A stretch of DNA of 64,000 nucleotides from Dicyema japonicum (Eukaryota > Animalia > Dicyemida), in NCBI GenBank assembly GCA_011109175.1, contig RDEW01000009.1, forward strand, positions 1,554,315 to 1,618,314, read 5' to 3'. The position numbers were made by a program, and so were the translations under genes. Under the pieces are notes generated by a model, which was not told the origin of the DNA, searched no databases, and worked only from the letters and a program-made list of their open reading frames with translations. This document shows, one piece after another, positions 37,282 through 50,255 of the stretch; the first letter of the stretch is position 1, and each line of letters opens with the position of its first letter.

Positions 37282-37587
37282 AAAGAAAATGTGTACTGTT
37301 TGAGATAATTTAAATTTTGCTTTTTTAATTAAAATATTTTTTTTGTTAAAATAATTTAACAAAAAGTTTAAAACTTCGATTACTTTCGAATAGTTGTTTT
37401 CCTTTGCTGCTTTCTAGACGACCAAAAGACCACCTCTTCTCTCTTCCGGGTCCGACTTCGAGTTCTACGTCACATCAATAACACCTGGCGAATTTTCTGG
37501 ATTGTCCGCTCTTGGCTTTGACTTTTTTGTTAGTCTAGGACTTGAGGTCTCTTTGATAGTTTTGACGGATAGTCTCTGCTAGCTAAT

Positions 37588-38056
37588 ATGGACTATCCTC
37601 CTGGGAATTTGAATGATATTACTGATGCTGAGCCACGAACATATGAAGCTCTCATATTCCACTCAGAAGAAGAGAGTGAACAGGTCATATAGAAGCCAAG
37701 TTACTAAATCGAAGAAACCGTTGAAGCAAATTACACCACTCGTCTACAGGTACGAAATAACAGGTTTGATTAAACGAGGAAAAAAATAATAATAATTTAT
37801 GGTTTTTGTCTAATAGATGACCGCTACTTTCCTGCAACAAAATCAATATATTTTAAGGTAAAACAAAAATATGGGTTGACCACAACAGACGACTCATGGG
37901 AAGCTGATGTCGATGTTGATACGATCGATAAAGGATATGTTATTGGAGGAAGATGTTTGCTCGAGAGTTGGAGCTGAGGGATTGAGGAAAAAAGACTCGG
38001 CTGTAGAACCTGAAAGTATGCTCGGGTATGAGTCAAAGAGGAGGCGAATTAATTGA
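37588..38056 (+). CDS. Hypothetical small protein (~120 aa, 3 predicted introns)
   Basis: A continuous frame can be built with GT-AG introns of ~31, ~52 and ~31 nt, ending YESKRRRIN*. No recognised motif. Confidence 0.3.
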
Positions 38057-39416
38057 GACGAACTCTATTAATCAATTAAGTTAATTCTTTCGAATAAATA
38101 TGGTTTTTTAAGCGAATAAACAATGACCTATAATTTGGATCGATAAGAGATAAAGAACGACGATTGCCTCAACTAACAGATTATTCGCCCATTAGAGTAT
38201 TGAATTATTAACTTGTCAATTATCCAAAATTTCCTCAAACTAAAATAAATAGCGGAATAAATTAAACCCACTTGGGTACGTAATATATAAATGCTAAAGT
38301 CCGCAAATAATTCTCTGAAATAATCTCATATTGATAATGGACAACAAACGGAGCGAATCCCTCATTTTATTGATTGATCCGGAGGGTTAACGATTGGGTC
38401 ATTTCCAGAATATATTCAAGATGAGAACAAGAGTCAATACCAATCTTCGACTGATTTTATGCTCATTCAACCGTATTTGAATGTTTATTCTCACGGAGGT
38501 AAAATCTTGTAAAATTTTGAGGTTTTGTGGACGAAAGTACGTCAGTTTTATATTTTTGGGAATGTTACCTCCCAAAATCAGGCACCAATAACTACACATT
38601 GATAATGAACGAACTTTACAAGTAACTTATTTACTCAAACCAAGATTGCTCATAGAAGTGATAGAGAAACAAGTCATGAAGAACATGATTCTTATTTATT
38701 GCCACTTTCCAGGGACATGGAAACACATTCCACCACTACACTGGCTCCGGAATACTCACGTGAAGCTCGGCAGAGAGTAAACGTGTTAATTAAATTGAAG
38801 TGTAAAGAAAAAGGTGACTGGGATTTACGTTGTCTACCCAAAGCTAATGAGCAGAATTTTGATTTCTGCATTCAAACTGTTCCTTAGGTTTGAGAAAAAC
38901 TGATTTTTAGCCCAAAGTTTTTTAAAAAAATCAGACTTGTAAACTCCCTTTCGAAATTGCATGACGTAATTGGGACTACTCACGTAGGAATTCCTGGAGT
39001 GATGGAACGCTTTTGTGACCTAGATAAGTGTTAATTGTACAACTGCACAATTAGATAATTTCATATTACAAACACAAAATTGGCAATAAATATGTTAATT
39101 TTAGTCATTAAGTGTTTCTTGCTTAAGGAATATATCAGAGTAGGTGTCGTTTTAGTCTTAAATTGTGAAACAAAATGTTTTCACTTCAGAAATAAAATTC
39201 GGTCACAAATGGTCATATTTTCTGAATTTTAGCTATTCTGTGCAAAATTTTTTGGATCCAAAGCAGTAAAAAGTTTATTATATTCATATAATCTTCAAAT
39301 AATTATTTTCATATAAAGGATAGCGAGACGACTTGATATTTCGTTTATTCTCCTTAAAACATAAATTTATTGACGTCATCATAAATCGTCATCATAATTT
39401 CTTATTATTCATCAGG

Positions 39417-39467
39417 AAATTGAGGACCCTACAGTGTACCGTGAGTCATTTTAATGGTCCTCAATTT
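39417..39467. repeat. Perfect 12-bp inverted repeat with 27-nt spacer
   Basis: AAATTGAGGACC (39417-39428) and GGTCCTCAATTT (39456-39467). Confidence 0.9.
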
Positions 39468-39792
39468 AACGAAATATTAAAAACGGAAACTGGAAATGTC
39501 TTATAAAAATTCTTAATACTCAATTCTTATCTAGGTTTCATTGTAGGGCTCTGACTCGATGTTTAACGTTTGCGTAAAAATGTCATCATTTTTGGAATCT
39601 TTCTCGAACTGGTTCCTGAATCGTCATTATTATTTGGCTTACTTAACAATAAACGTAGCTGTCATTACTAATTTATCTAAATAATAGTCGATTGATTTGA
39701 ATATCATCAAACGAATTAAACACGAATATTAATATTAAAAATACAAAATTAATTACATAAATTTGAAATCGATTTAAAATCTGATTTCTTCT

Positions 39793-42700
39793 ATGTCTGG
39801 CAGATTACCACCGGCAGAATTAATAACAGTTCCAACTCCTGTTCCTGCCTACAGTCAGGACCTTCAAACAGTGTGTCTCCTACTGACTTACCCATAGATT
39901 GAGCACTCAGACTCAAACTCTGAACTTAAGAAAATTGCCTTATGTCTTACTCCCGGCCAAATACGGCAAATTAATAACCAGATAAAAGCTTTCAACTACA
40001 TAAAGAATAATGAACCAATTCCACCAGATTTGATGGCTTATTTGGGGGGAATTGAAATTGTGAGGAAAGAGAGGGACGAGATGTTTGTTTTGGTAATGAT
40101 TTTAGTGTAAATAAACAACTGGCTCGCAGAAGTGACGAACTTAGAAAAGTCATCGAGACTCTTAGCGGGGATTCTCTCCTTAAGTCCAAAATTGAACTAA
40201 AAGGGATTACGCTGGTCGACTTCCAGCGAGAACTGAGGGCAGAGATCACTCGTGGGATGACGATGGGGGTCCTTGAGGTGAGTAGACGAGTGAAGCGGGT
40301 GACCCTGAGTGAGGGACGTGTTGGAGAGCGATTGGAACGAGAAGGACGAATCCAGAGTGAAAGATTACGTTTGGAAGAGCACAACCAGTGGTTGTTGACG
40401 GTGCATGGCCGTCTGAGAGAGGTGAGGGAGGACGGGAAGAAGAAGCTGACCAAACTTGCCAAAATAAATAAGGGGATTTTCAACTATCATGCCACTAACG
40501 AACGGGAACAGAAAAAGGAGCAGGAAAGAGTTCGAAGAGAGCGAATCCGACGACTGATGGTAGAGTTCTTCCTTTATTTCTAGGCAGAAGATGAGGTCGG
40601 GTACAGGAAGCTGTTGGATCAGAACAAGGACAAGCGACTGACCTACCTGTTACAACAAACGGACCAGTACATCGCTGAACTGGCCAAACTGCTTGGTGGT
40701 AATCCTTGATTTGTTTATTTAGGCGAAAATGAGGCAAATAAGGTCATTTTTTTATTTTAGCGGCAGTTGTGCAGAGATGACGAATACGGGGGATCCAAGC
40801 TTAATTACTATTCGTTGGCCCACTCATATGTCGAAAAGATTGAGAAACAACCAACTCTTGGGGGAACTTTGAAGATATACCAAATACAGGGACTTGAGTG
40901 GATGGTTTCCCTGTACAACAACAATTTGAACGGGATCTTGGCTGACGAGATGGGCTTGGGAAAGACCATCCAGACCATTGCTCTCCTGGCCTACCTCTAC
41001 CAAATGAAGAACATCCCAGGACCTCATCTCATCGTGGTCCCTCTTTCGTAATTTTGGCTGAGACCTTAGGACGCTATCTAATTGGGCCAACGAGTTCTCC
41101 CGTTGGGCGCCCAACATGGTTGTCCTGGCCTATAAGGGACCCCCTCAGGAACGAAAGGCAGTAGCCCAAAAGATGAGGATGTCTGTATTTAATGTCCTGA
41201 TAACGACATATGACTACATAATAAAGGACAGGACCACGCTGTCTAAGATCAGATGGGTCTACCTTATTGTGGACGAAGGACATCGAATGAAGAACCATAA
41301 CTGCAAGCTCACACAAATCCTCACTAGCAAATACCACGTTCCTCATAGACTTCTCCTTACTGGGACTCCACTGCAGGTAGTCTCACTGATCACACAGAAT
41401 CGTCTCCCTGAGCTGTGGTCTCTTCTTAACTTCATCCTTCCAAATATCTTCAAGTCCTGTGCTAATTTTGAGCAGTGGTTTAACGCACCTTTCGCCAGTA
41501 CAAATGAGAAGGTCGGATATGATTTATTCCAGGTGGAACTGGACCAGGAGGAGTCATTGCTTGTGATACGTCGTCTTCATTTGGTTCTCCGTCCGTTTCT
41601 TTTGAGGAGACTGAAAAAGGAAGTGGAAGGTCAACTTCCGGAGAAAGTTTCAGTTTAGGGAGGAATTTAGGTCGAATATGTAATTAAGTGTCCAATGTCG
41701 TGCCTTCAGAGGCTGATGTACAACCACATGCAAAAGAATGGGGTCATCCTGACCATTGATGAGAAGAATAAGGTGGTTGGACGTAACCTTTCCAACACAC
41801 TGATGCAGTTGCGGAAGATTTGCAACCATCCTTTTTTGTTTGATTCTATTGAGAAGAACCTAGCTCAAAAATTCGGTTTTGTCGATGATGTGATCCACGG
41901 GTAAGCCCATTTTACTGATAAAGTCCTCTAATCTTCCGTGTTTCCGGGAAATTTGAGATCCTGGACCGAATTCTTCCTAAACTGAGGGACACTGGCCATA
42001 AATGCCTTGTCTTCTGCCAAATGACTTTACTGATGAACATTCTGGAGGATTACTTCAACTATAGAAGTAGTCTGATACTTATTATAGATTTTTCCCACCT
42101 TCGATTGGACGGGACCACTAAAGCTGAGGACAGGGAGTTTCTGCTGTCTCAGTTTAATGATCCGAACTTGAACACATTTATATTCCTCTTGAGCACACGT
42201 GCCGGCGGATTGGGACTTAATTTGCAGACGGCTGATACTGTTATTATTTTTGACTCGGATTGGAATCCTCATCAAGATCTCCAAGCGGAGGATCGAGCTC
42301 ATAGAATCGGACAGAAGCGGCAGGTTCGTGTCCTGAGATTGGTCACCGTAAATTCCGTGGAAGAACGGATCCTTTCCGCAGCGAAGAACAAACTTAACAT
42401 GGACGACAAGGTCATTCGGGCTGGTATGTTCAATCAAAAGTCTACTTCGGATGAACGTAAACAGTTTTTGCAGTCCTTGTTGGACCAAGACGAAGACGAA
42501 CTTGAGGACGCCGACCTTCTCCATGACGACGAAGCCCTAAATAACATGCTAATGCGGTCGGATGAGGAATACGTCATATTCACCAAAATGGATGAAGACC
42601 GAGCTATCGCGGACAAGCAGGCGAACTTGACGAATCGATTAATCACAGAGGAGGAGTTGCCAAAGTGGTTGGTGGAGGCTGGAAATGTGAGTGTTGTGTA

Positions 42701-43279
42701 TTATAAAGATGGATGAGGTTGAGGTGGAGACCATATGCTCGGGACTGAGACAACGGAAGGAAGTGGTTGAATTTGGCAGTGACTGGACCCCATCTTTGAG
42801 GTCACGGAAACGCAGACTGATGGACGATGACGAGGACTCCTCTAGTTTATCGGAGATGGAAGTGAGATCTCGGCCTAAGAGGTCTGCCAGTCAGCAATCT
42901 AAGACTAACCACTATGAAGTTATAAATCAGTTATTGGATTTTCTGACTGATTACGCCGACGAGTTGAGCTGTTTTGTTATATAGGGATGGCCGCCCCCTG
43001 ATTGACCCCTTCTATGAGCTCCCTACGAGGAAGGAACTGCCAGACTATTATGACATTATAAAAAAGCCGGTTGATGTCAAGAGGATTAAAGTTTGGTGGG
43101 TTTTCATTGCAGAGTCGGATAAAACTTAAAAAATATGTGACATTTCTGAGTTCTGTGATGACGTCATTCTTATGTTTAAGAATGCACAGCTGTACAATGT
43201 TGAGGAATCTTTGATTTATGAGGATTCAGTTGCACTAATGAATGCGTTTATGCAGAAGAAACGAGAACTTGTGATTTAA
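39793..43279 (+). CDS. brm: SWI/SNF ATPase Brahma (SMARCA2/SMARCA4 ortholog)
   Basis: QLQ-like ([12 protein letters not shown]), HSA ([17 protein letters not shown]), [45 protein letters not shown], SnAC ([11 protein letters not shown]) and a C-terminal bromodomain ([20 protein letters not shown]). Confidence 0.95.
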
Positions 43280-43399
43280 TGTGAGGGTCTTTTTAGATTA
43301 ATTTTTGGTTTCTTTTTGTCTCTTAGTAGTTTTTTAAACTCTGTCATTTTTGCTTTTATCTATTGGCTCTACGGCTAAAGGAATTACTTCATGGAAGGA

Positions 43400-43760
43400 T
43401 GATATGATCGACTACCATTCTGGAAACGGGAATCTGAAATTACTAATCTCACTGAATTGTCTGTTAGGCTTAGGTGTTCGAGCTGTGGTATTAGTCTTCT
43501 TAGACTATTCGATACATTATTAGATTTTCTCCCATAGTGCAGTCGTCCACACGTTTAACGGAATAGAAACACGGCTGATTCCAATGCTGAACGGAGCAGA
43601 CCCCAAAGGGTCTCCTTGCTGGACTCGTATAAATGAGGGAATTATGAATTTACCACGTGCCAGACTTAACTTTTCCGTAGGAGGAATACACTCTCATACT
43701 CCCTTACCGGAATCGAACTCTCTCCGATCTAACCACATTAAACCACCACCTCATCGTCAA
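43400..43760 (-). mobile_element. CRE-like reverse transcriptase fragment
   Basis: VQQGDPLGSAPF...PLNVW/DDCTMG matches the CRE-type pattern QQGDPLG...WYLDDxT. Confidence 0.6.
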
Positions 43761-44846
43761 CAATTGATGCCGAGGACCCATAGGAAATATACACTCATAT
43801 ACAGTTTCGGTCAATGAAAATTGCTCGTCAATATTTTCATGCTTTTTATTTGAAATTTAATAAAATCAAAATCTTTGAGCTCATTTTTAGTCTAATTTAT
43901 TAATTTTATTTTTTTAAATTAAATATTCGCTTTATTTAACGAATTTAAAGCAAAATTAAAAATTACTCGGACAAAATAAATTGCTCAAATTATAAATTAA
44001 CTAAAGAATCCATATTTAATACGGTATATGTCCTTCTTTAGCCTTTCTTTCATTGACATGACTAATTTTTTACAAAAATTTTATGGAATTGAAATCTAAT
44101 AAATGTTTTTTTCCAGAAACCGTCAGAAACCGCACATAACCTCCATTTAGAATTCACGACTAAAGTGAGCAATTTTTTGTGTCACGCTATTAATTTTCAA
44201 ATAAAAAGCATGAAAATATTGATGAGCAATTTTATTGACCGGAACTGTATTGATAGGAAGTGCGTGAAGCAATCCTCCACGATTACATCGCGGCGTTTGG
44301 CGTTAATCTTGAGGATAATATACGGGATACTCTTGTAGTGTTGTGCATAAGTCCGCAGAGAACATAATATGGCTAATCCTTTGAAAAACTTAGAAAACAA
44401 AAAATATTCATCTACTTTCTACTGCTCGATATCCACGACATTCTGTCTAATCTTGTCTCACTGAGAATCTCATGTTTTGCAATTATTCCAGATTTGAATT
44501 TTTACCACAACCTCAAATTGAACATACAACTATGATCTCTTTGATTCGATTTATCTTTGTAGGTTTCAAAGTACTCTGAAAACATCGACTTACTTTTTTT
44601 CTTGGACTGAACATCATGAAAGTCTATAACTCACTTCCAATGACATACAAGAATATCAGACATACAGAAATTAACCAAAAATTGAATCTATGGATTGATT
44701 ACCTTATCAGACGCAGAGGCCATGTAAGTTGGGTCTTCAAAATTAAGATCTCTTTTTTTCCCAGATCCGATTCCCTAAAAATTTCCGCTTAAATTTATTT
44801 ATATATGACGTGCCTTGCCCAGAGGTAAGTCATTTTGCAATTCTTA

Positions 44847-45300
44847 CACTCAATCCCATAAATGATGACCCAATTCCCATAAATGATGTCCAAGTTATAT
44901 ATATAATACACAAGTAAATCTATATTTTAATTTCCCCTATTATGGTATCAACTAATACAGATATGAGAAGTCGCAAGGTTTTTATGAACGAAAGTCTATT
45001 TAATCAAATTAAAAGACTTTACAAAGTTAAAACAAAAGAAGAGTTGATTGAGATCACCTCGTTCAGTAAAAAGAGTGTGATGAAATTAAAGACTTCTTTA
45101 TTAGGAAAAGTGTTACAAATGTTTATTTACCCCCTTATTCACCTGACCTAAACCAAATTGAAAACTTTTTTTTGTGTTAAATCTCGTCTAAATGTAATTA
45201 GACCAAGAGCAACTGTAAGAGGAGAATTGCTAACAAATATCGGATTTGTTATGAGTAATCTCGAAACCGAGAATTTGTCCTCATATTACAACAGTTTTTG
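44847..45300 (+). mobile_element. Tc1/IS630-like left end with N-terminal transposase remnant
   Basis: Same TA+CACTCAATCCCATAAATG terminus as 4322, followed by ORF 44942-45151 with an HTH-like helical segment. Confidence 0.5.
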
Positions 45301-45394
45301 AGAAAGGGTAAATGGAATTAATAACAGATTAATTGAGTAGTGTGATCTAAGGACTGGTAGCTTTATGGGTGAGATCTGTTTGTCGAGACTATAT

Positions 45395-45470
45395 CTGAAA
45401 ACTTCATCTTGCGGATTCGAACCCACGACCTACAGATGCATTGTCATCGTTACATTAGCTGAATGAATGC
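45395..45470 (-). mobile_element. tRNA-like SINE head remnant
   Basis: B-box GGGTTCGAATCC on the minus strand, with no complete cloverleaf. Confidence 0.4.
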
Positions 45471-46596
45471 TTCCGTCGGTCCCCGTTGTGAGACATCTTA
45501 AATTCTACTTTAACAAATATAAAAGTATCCTTATTATCTAATATGAGTATTTACTGATGTTTGCAAGTTTATATGTCATTTATTGTGTCTTAAAAGTGTC
45601 TAGTAACACGGGTGACACTTGAAATGTTATCCATATACAAAACAGAAGAGTACTTCCACCCGAAACATCCACAAGTATAATTTATGAAAACCTTCCACAA
45701 ATGATCGATTGGAATGCGAAAGGTCAAATGATCTCCTATCGTCTCCGAAACAAGTAGATCGCTTGACGCCAGGCTATTAACACAAAGAACACTGAAGATA
45801 ATCATTAATAAATAATAACAATACAATCGCAAAATGCATCGCCCGGGACGAGAATATCCCCAGGAGGATGGGGTCTATCGGACCTTTTTCGGTGGGCATT
45901 AGGTGCCTCCTAGGCATTTCCAAATCTTTTTGAATTAGTAGACCACATAACGCCACGCTAAAGATAATCAATTTTTATTTATTTTTAAAAAATAATAGCC
46001 ACGATGTTAGTTGGTTAAGTATCCCCGAAATCACTAACTTGCATGAGACCAGCGGCTATTATTTAGGATACAACAAATGCCGGTCGATCTCATAGATCGG
46101 TCAGCCTTAGCATTTAAGTCGAATAGTTAATAATGCAGGAAATTCAAAACGGTGATTTTCTGTCAACTAGGAGAGGTTGCAAAAGGAACAACCACAATGT
46201 TAATCGATCAAGTAAATAAAACTTTTGACAAATAAAAAAAAATTTTTTGTTTTTAATAAAAAAAAAATAAAAAATAAGTTCCTATTAGTATTAATAAGGT
46301 TGATTTTATTATTTTGTCAATAAAATACGTAGGCTTTATTTGTCGACTTGAGGAGATGGTTGGGATATAATGTAATATAAACGATAGGAGTGAATGGAAT
46401 TTCGAATGAGCAAGCACCGTCTAACAAAAAAATTTGCAAAACAACAATGTAAGAAAAATCATATTTGAGATTCAAAAAAAATTTTAAAATATCGAAATAA
46501 ATATAAATTTAACATTTTGTTTAATAGAAGGATGTTTCAGCGAATGTGTGGAAGAGACCAAGTTAAATGATTAAATAATTTAAAATTAATGACACT

Positions 46597-46669
46597 GCTC
46601 CTGTGGCCCAGTGGATAAGGCGTGTGCCTCCTAAGTACAAGATCGCGGGTTCGACTCCCGCCAGGAGCT
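46597..46669 (+). tRNA. tRNA-Arg (anticodon CCT)
   Basis: GCTCCTG/CAGGAGC acceptor stem, TGTGC-CT-CCT-AA-GTACA anticodon arm, GGTTCGACTCC T-loop and a T-run terminator. Confidence 0.95.
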
Positions 46670-46949
46670 TTTTTATATCGATTTAGGTTTTGTTGAATTT
46701 TCTGCATATTTTTTATTTACATTAATTGTCATAATTTAATATGACCATTTTTGTCTATTGATCACTTCTTTGCATTCTGAAAAAGGACTTGATATATTTT
46801 AGACATGAAATCATCCAAAATACTTTTCCTTCCATTATTTAGACAATAGCAGAGTTTAGACTGCGAACCTTCTTAAATTGATTACTTTTTATTAAAAACA
46901 ATTCATTATTTCCTTTGGAGTATTGTATGTCTGACAAATCTCGTGGTAT

Positions 46950-48840
46950 TCCTACTGGATGAACAAATTCATTCCACGGACTGCAAGTAAATGTCAGAAC
47001 TAGTTAACATGTGACCTAGACACGTCCCAGGAAAGACCCCAATATGGCTCGGAGTTCTTTCTTTCAACACACACAAACATGTGATGGACGAAAAGCACCC
47101 AGTAACAAACTCCTTGCTTAGGTTAAAATTGCCCATATCTCACTGCATGGAAGAGTAATTTGGACTTTTCTAGTTAACTGTCTTAAGTTTCGAAATTTTG
47201 AAGGATGATTCTCCAAGTTCTTTCAATTTTTGGTTGAGGAAAAGTTTTTAACTTCGGGTTTTCGATGTCATCTCAGTCCATCAGTATATCCATCAATCAC
47301 AGAAGAGTCCTGTGCCTCGGCGGCATCAAATATGATCATTTGGTCTTACCTACTTGACTAGATCAGAAGTTCCCACCAATATGTTTCTGGATGGACTAGT
47401 CTGCTTTGAGAGATTCTTCCAAATTTCTTCAATTTTGTACTGGTAAGGATTCGAACTCAATTTCTTCGTCTTCTAAAACTTCCTTTTTCAGTACTTCAGA
47501 TATTTTCCTAGTCCATAACTTTGTCCTTGCTCATGGGAAGGAAAAAGACAAGGGTTTCCATGACCAGAGGTACGTGCCACCTAAATATTCTTAGCAACTA
47601 CGTGTCTCCTACACTTTTGATCGTCCACTTTAATAAGTTCCATGCATCTGAAGGTGGCAAGTTAGTCGATATTCCCTCGAGCTCTTTGTCACAGTTTTAA
47701 AATGAGCGGTCCATCCTTAATATCTGTCTCGCATTTAATTTCTGTGTAGAGACAAGCGTAAATACTTTCGGTAAACGATGGGGTCTCTCGATGAGCACAG
47801 AATAGCAAGGAAGATAAAAGAAACAGGGTCACTTAATTAGTTATATTATCATCTTTCGGAAGTCCTTGCAATTGCGGGAACTTCCCCAGTTGAGTAGAGG
47901 AAACAATATGATCCTTTTTTGTCACATCATGACACCAGGGACCACCTGAGACACGTGGAACACACGACACTAATCTAGTAAAATAGGAGAAGATGAAAAC
48001 GAAAGAAAGGAGTAGAAATCTTCAATCAAACAGACAGTGGAAGAAATAGAACCCATGCAGTTATGTGAGTGACATACAAATCCAGGAACCTACAAGTTTT
48101 AAACTTCAGTTTAAACAAAATAAGCAAAAAATTCACATATAAATGCTAATCCAAATCCTCATTTGTGAGGACAACTGCCCTAATTCTACTAGTTGGGGGC
48201 ATACTCCTATCCTCACTCTTCATATGCTACATATAAACCCACAAACAACAATATCAGGAGATGGTTGTCTTCCCTTCATAAAGTCATCATGCAGAATCTC
48301 ACCAAACATCCCAAACTTGTCATTAAAACACTCAGTCCCTTCCTTACATAAATCAGACAAAATAGGAGATACATACAACTAAGCTAACAAGCAATCAGAC
48401 CCTTATCTTCCCCGTAATAAACTCAACCATTTTTTCATCTTCGGGAAAGTCCTTAAACTGTGACACGTGAGCCGATATTGTTTGCATTGAGGGAACCAAA
48501 AATGTCCTCACAACCTAGAATAACAGAATATTATACGTGAACACCTAACTCCCCCAGTCCACATATTATTCCGAAAATGGAAAACAGACTTAGCCGAGTC
48601 CAGTCCACGTGTGAATAAACTGATGCGATCCGACCATGCAAATGATTCGACGGGGAATCAAAAATCCTTCACTCACAAAATCAGATAACCTGGCCACACG
48701 TGCAGTCAACTTGGCCGCAGTCACTCTCACTCCCAGTTGGTCTATAGAACCCCCAATTCTGGAACAAACGACACAGCTAAGGAGATCTGGGAGGATTCCT
48801 TCCAGCTAAAATATCAAAAAACTCTAACATATCGTTCCAG
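46950..48840 (-). mobile_element. Heavily degenerate APE-type LINE remnants
   Basis: Minus-strand fragments such as DIVVCG(D)F near 48250 and post-APE linker-like peptides, with many stops. Confidence 0.35.
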
Positions 48841-49921
48841 GCACAATGATTGATTGTTCAAAATAGAGTCCACCATCATCAACAAATTCTGAAGCACGTG
48901 TATGTTGTGAAGACTGCCAATTTGGGCTCTGATCTGAAAAAGCAAAAAAAACCAACCCCCTCAGACACAAAGTTCAACACAAACGGAAGAACAAGTTGCA
49001 GCCCCGTGTCTATGGAAAGTGAAGAAAAGGCGTCATAGCGCTTGGAGTCGTCCTCCCCAACACAGGATAGCACAACTTTCGTCAAATATTTTCTATGAAG
49101 CTGCCATAACTTACATGTTTACCATTTGTAGATGGGGACCTCCCCAATTTTTTTCCTTTCGGTGTTTACTGCGAACACTCTGAGTCTCAAGAACGGAGGA
49201 CTCTTGTGTCTCACAGCAAACGTTCTCAGGAGCGTCTACTGGTTTGCCGTCAACTGCTAACCAGTGACCTGAATGGTGGAGAAATATTTACCATGAAGAC
49301 GACCTTTACGGCAGATCAACGGAGGATCATGAAACGACGTCTTCGAAGTGCTTATTGGCTTGTCCGCCAGGAAATAAAATGTTTTCCCGTTCACAGTACC
49401 CTTGTAAATTTTCCCATGATTCTTATAATTCATACCGAGAGGGATCTGGTGATTAAACAGAGTACCTCTAAGTAATTCATGTTGAATGCTGTGACAAGGT
49501 CAAAGTATATTAGTTTCCTCCCTTTTCTAGCAAAATATGATTTTCTTGCTTCCTGGAAGAATAATTTGAACAAAGACCTGTAATAAAAAGAGTATTTGTG
49601 TTGTGACACTCAGAGAAATTTCTGTATGTCCTGCAACAGGGATATCTTCTAATCCTAAAGTCTCAGCGACCAGTAAAGTGAATTTAGTCATAATCTCCAC
49701 GTACATATCCATGGAGGACATCACTTAAACTATATTAGTTTAAATTATAAAACAAATAAATTTAAAGATTTTAGTATTACTAAAATTATAAAATTTATTG
49801 AATAGAGGAAATAATATTGTAAACGTTTTGCACTTTAAGAGATCTAAATGTTCAGTGCTCAGATCCTGTTAATAGTGCTTAATTATTATTAAATGAGGTT
49901 TCTTAGCCATCACTTTGCGCT

Positions 49922-50192
49922 GCGTGGCCCATGTGGTGCTATGTGGCTAATTGGCTTAAACTTTCTGCCCGTTTTATTTGTTCCACCCATTTACCTTCCT
50001 ATTAGAGTGGCGTCACCTGTCCAGGTCATTTGCTCTCCCCCACTCCACTGGAGGGGTTTCCCCAACTGCACGTATGGACGTCTTTTTTATGTTAATTTCG
50101 GATGGACTCTGTTTCTGTGGAAATGGAAACTGGATACACTTAATTAGTTGTTTACATTAACTTTTTTCTCGGTGTATCCGGGGTTAATAAAT
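49922..50192 (+). mobile_element. SINE-like element, family A
   Basis: GCGTGGCCCCATGTGG head, TTTGCTCTCCCCACTCCACTGG core, GGATACAC/GTGTATCC stem and TTAATAAATA tail. Confidence 0.85.
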
Positions 50193-50255
50193 AGTAATAA
50201 AATAATTGAGATGCTTTTTAGACATGAGAAAATCATAAATATTTAAGGAATTGCC

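Noticed and set aside
39992-40483. 163-aa minus-strand ORF (and similar ORFs at 42027-42524, 52269-52799, 55110-55556)
   Set aside because: Shadow ORFs antisense to Brahma or RTE coding sequence, with no motifs of their own.
49200-49450. Retropepsin-like GTVNGKTFYFLAD on the minus strand
   Set aside because: The catalytic D(T/S)G is absent and no other LTR-element features lie nearby.
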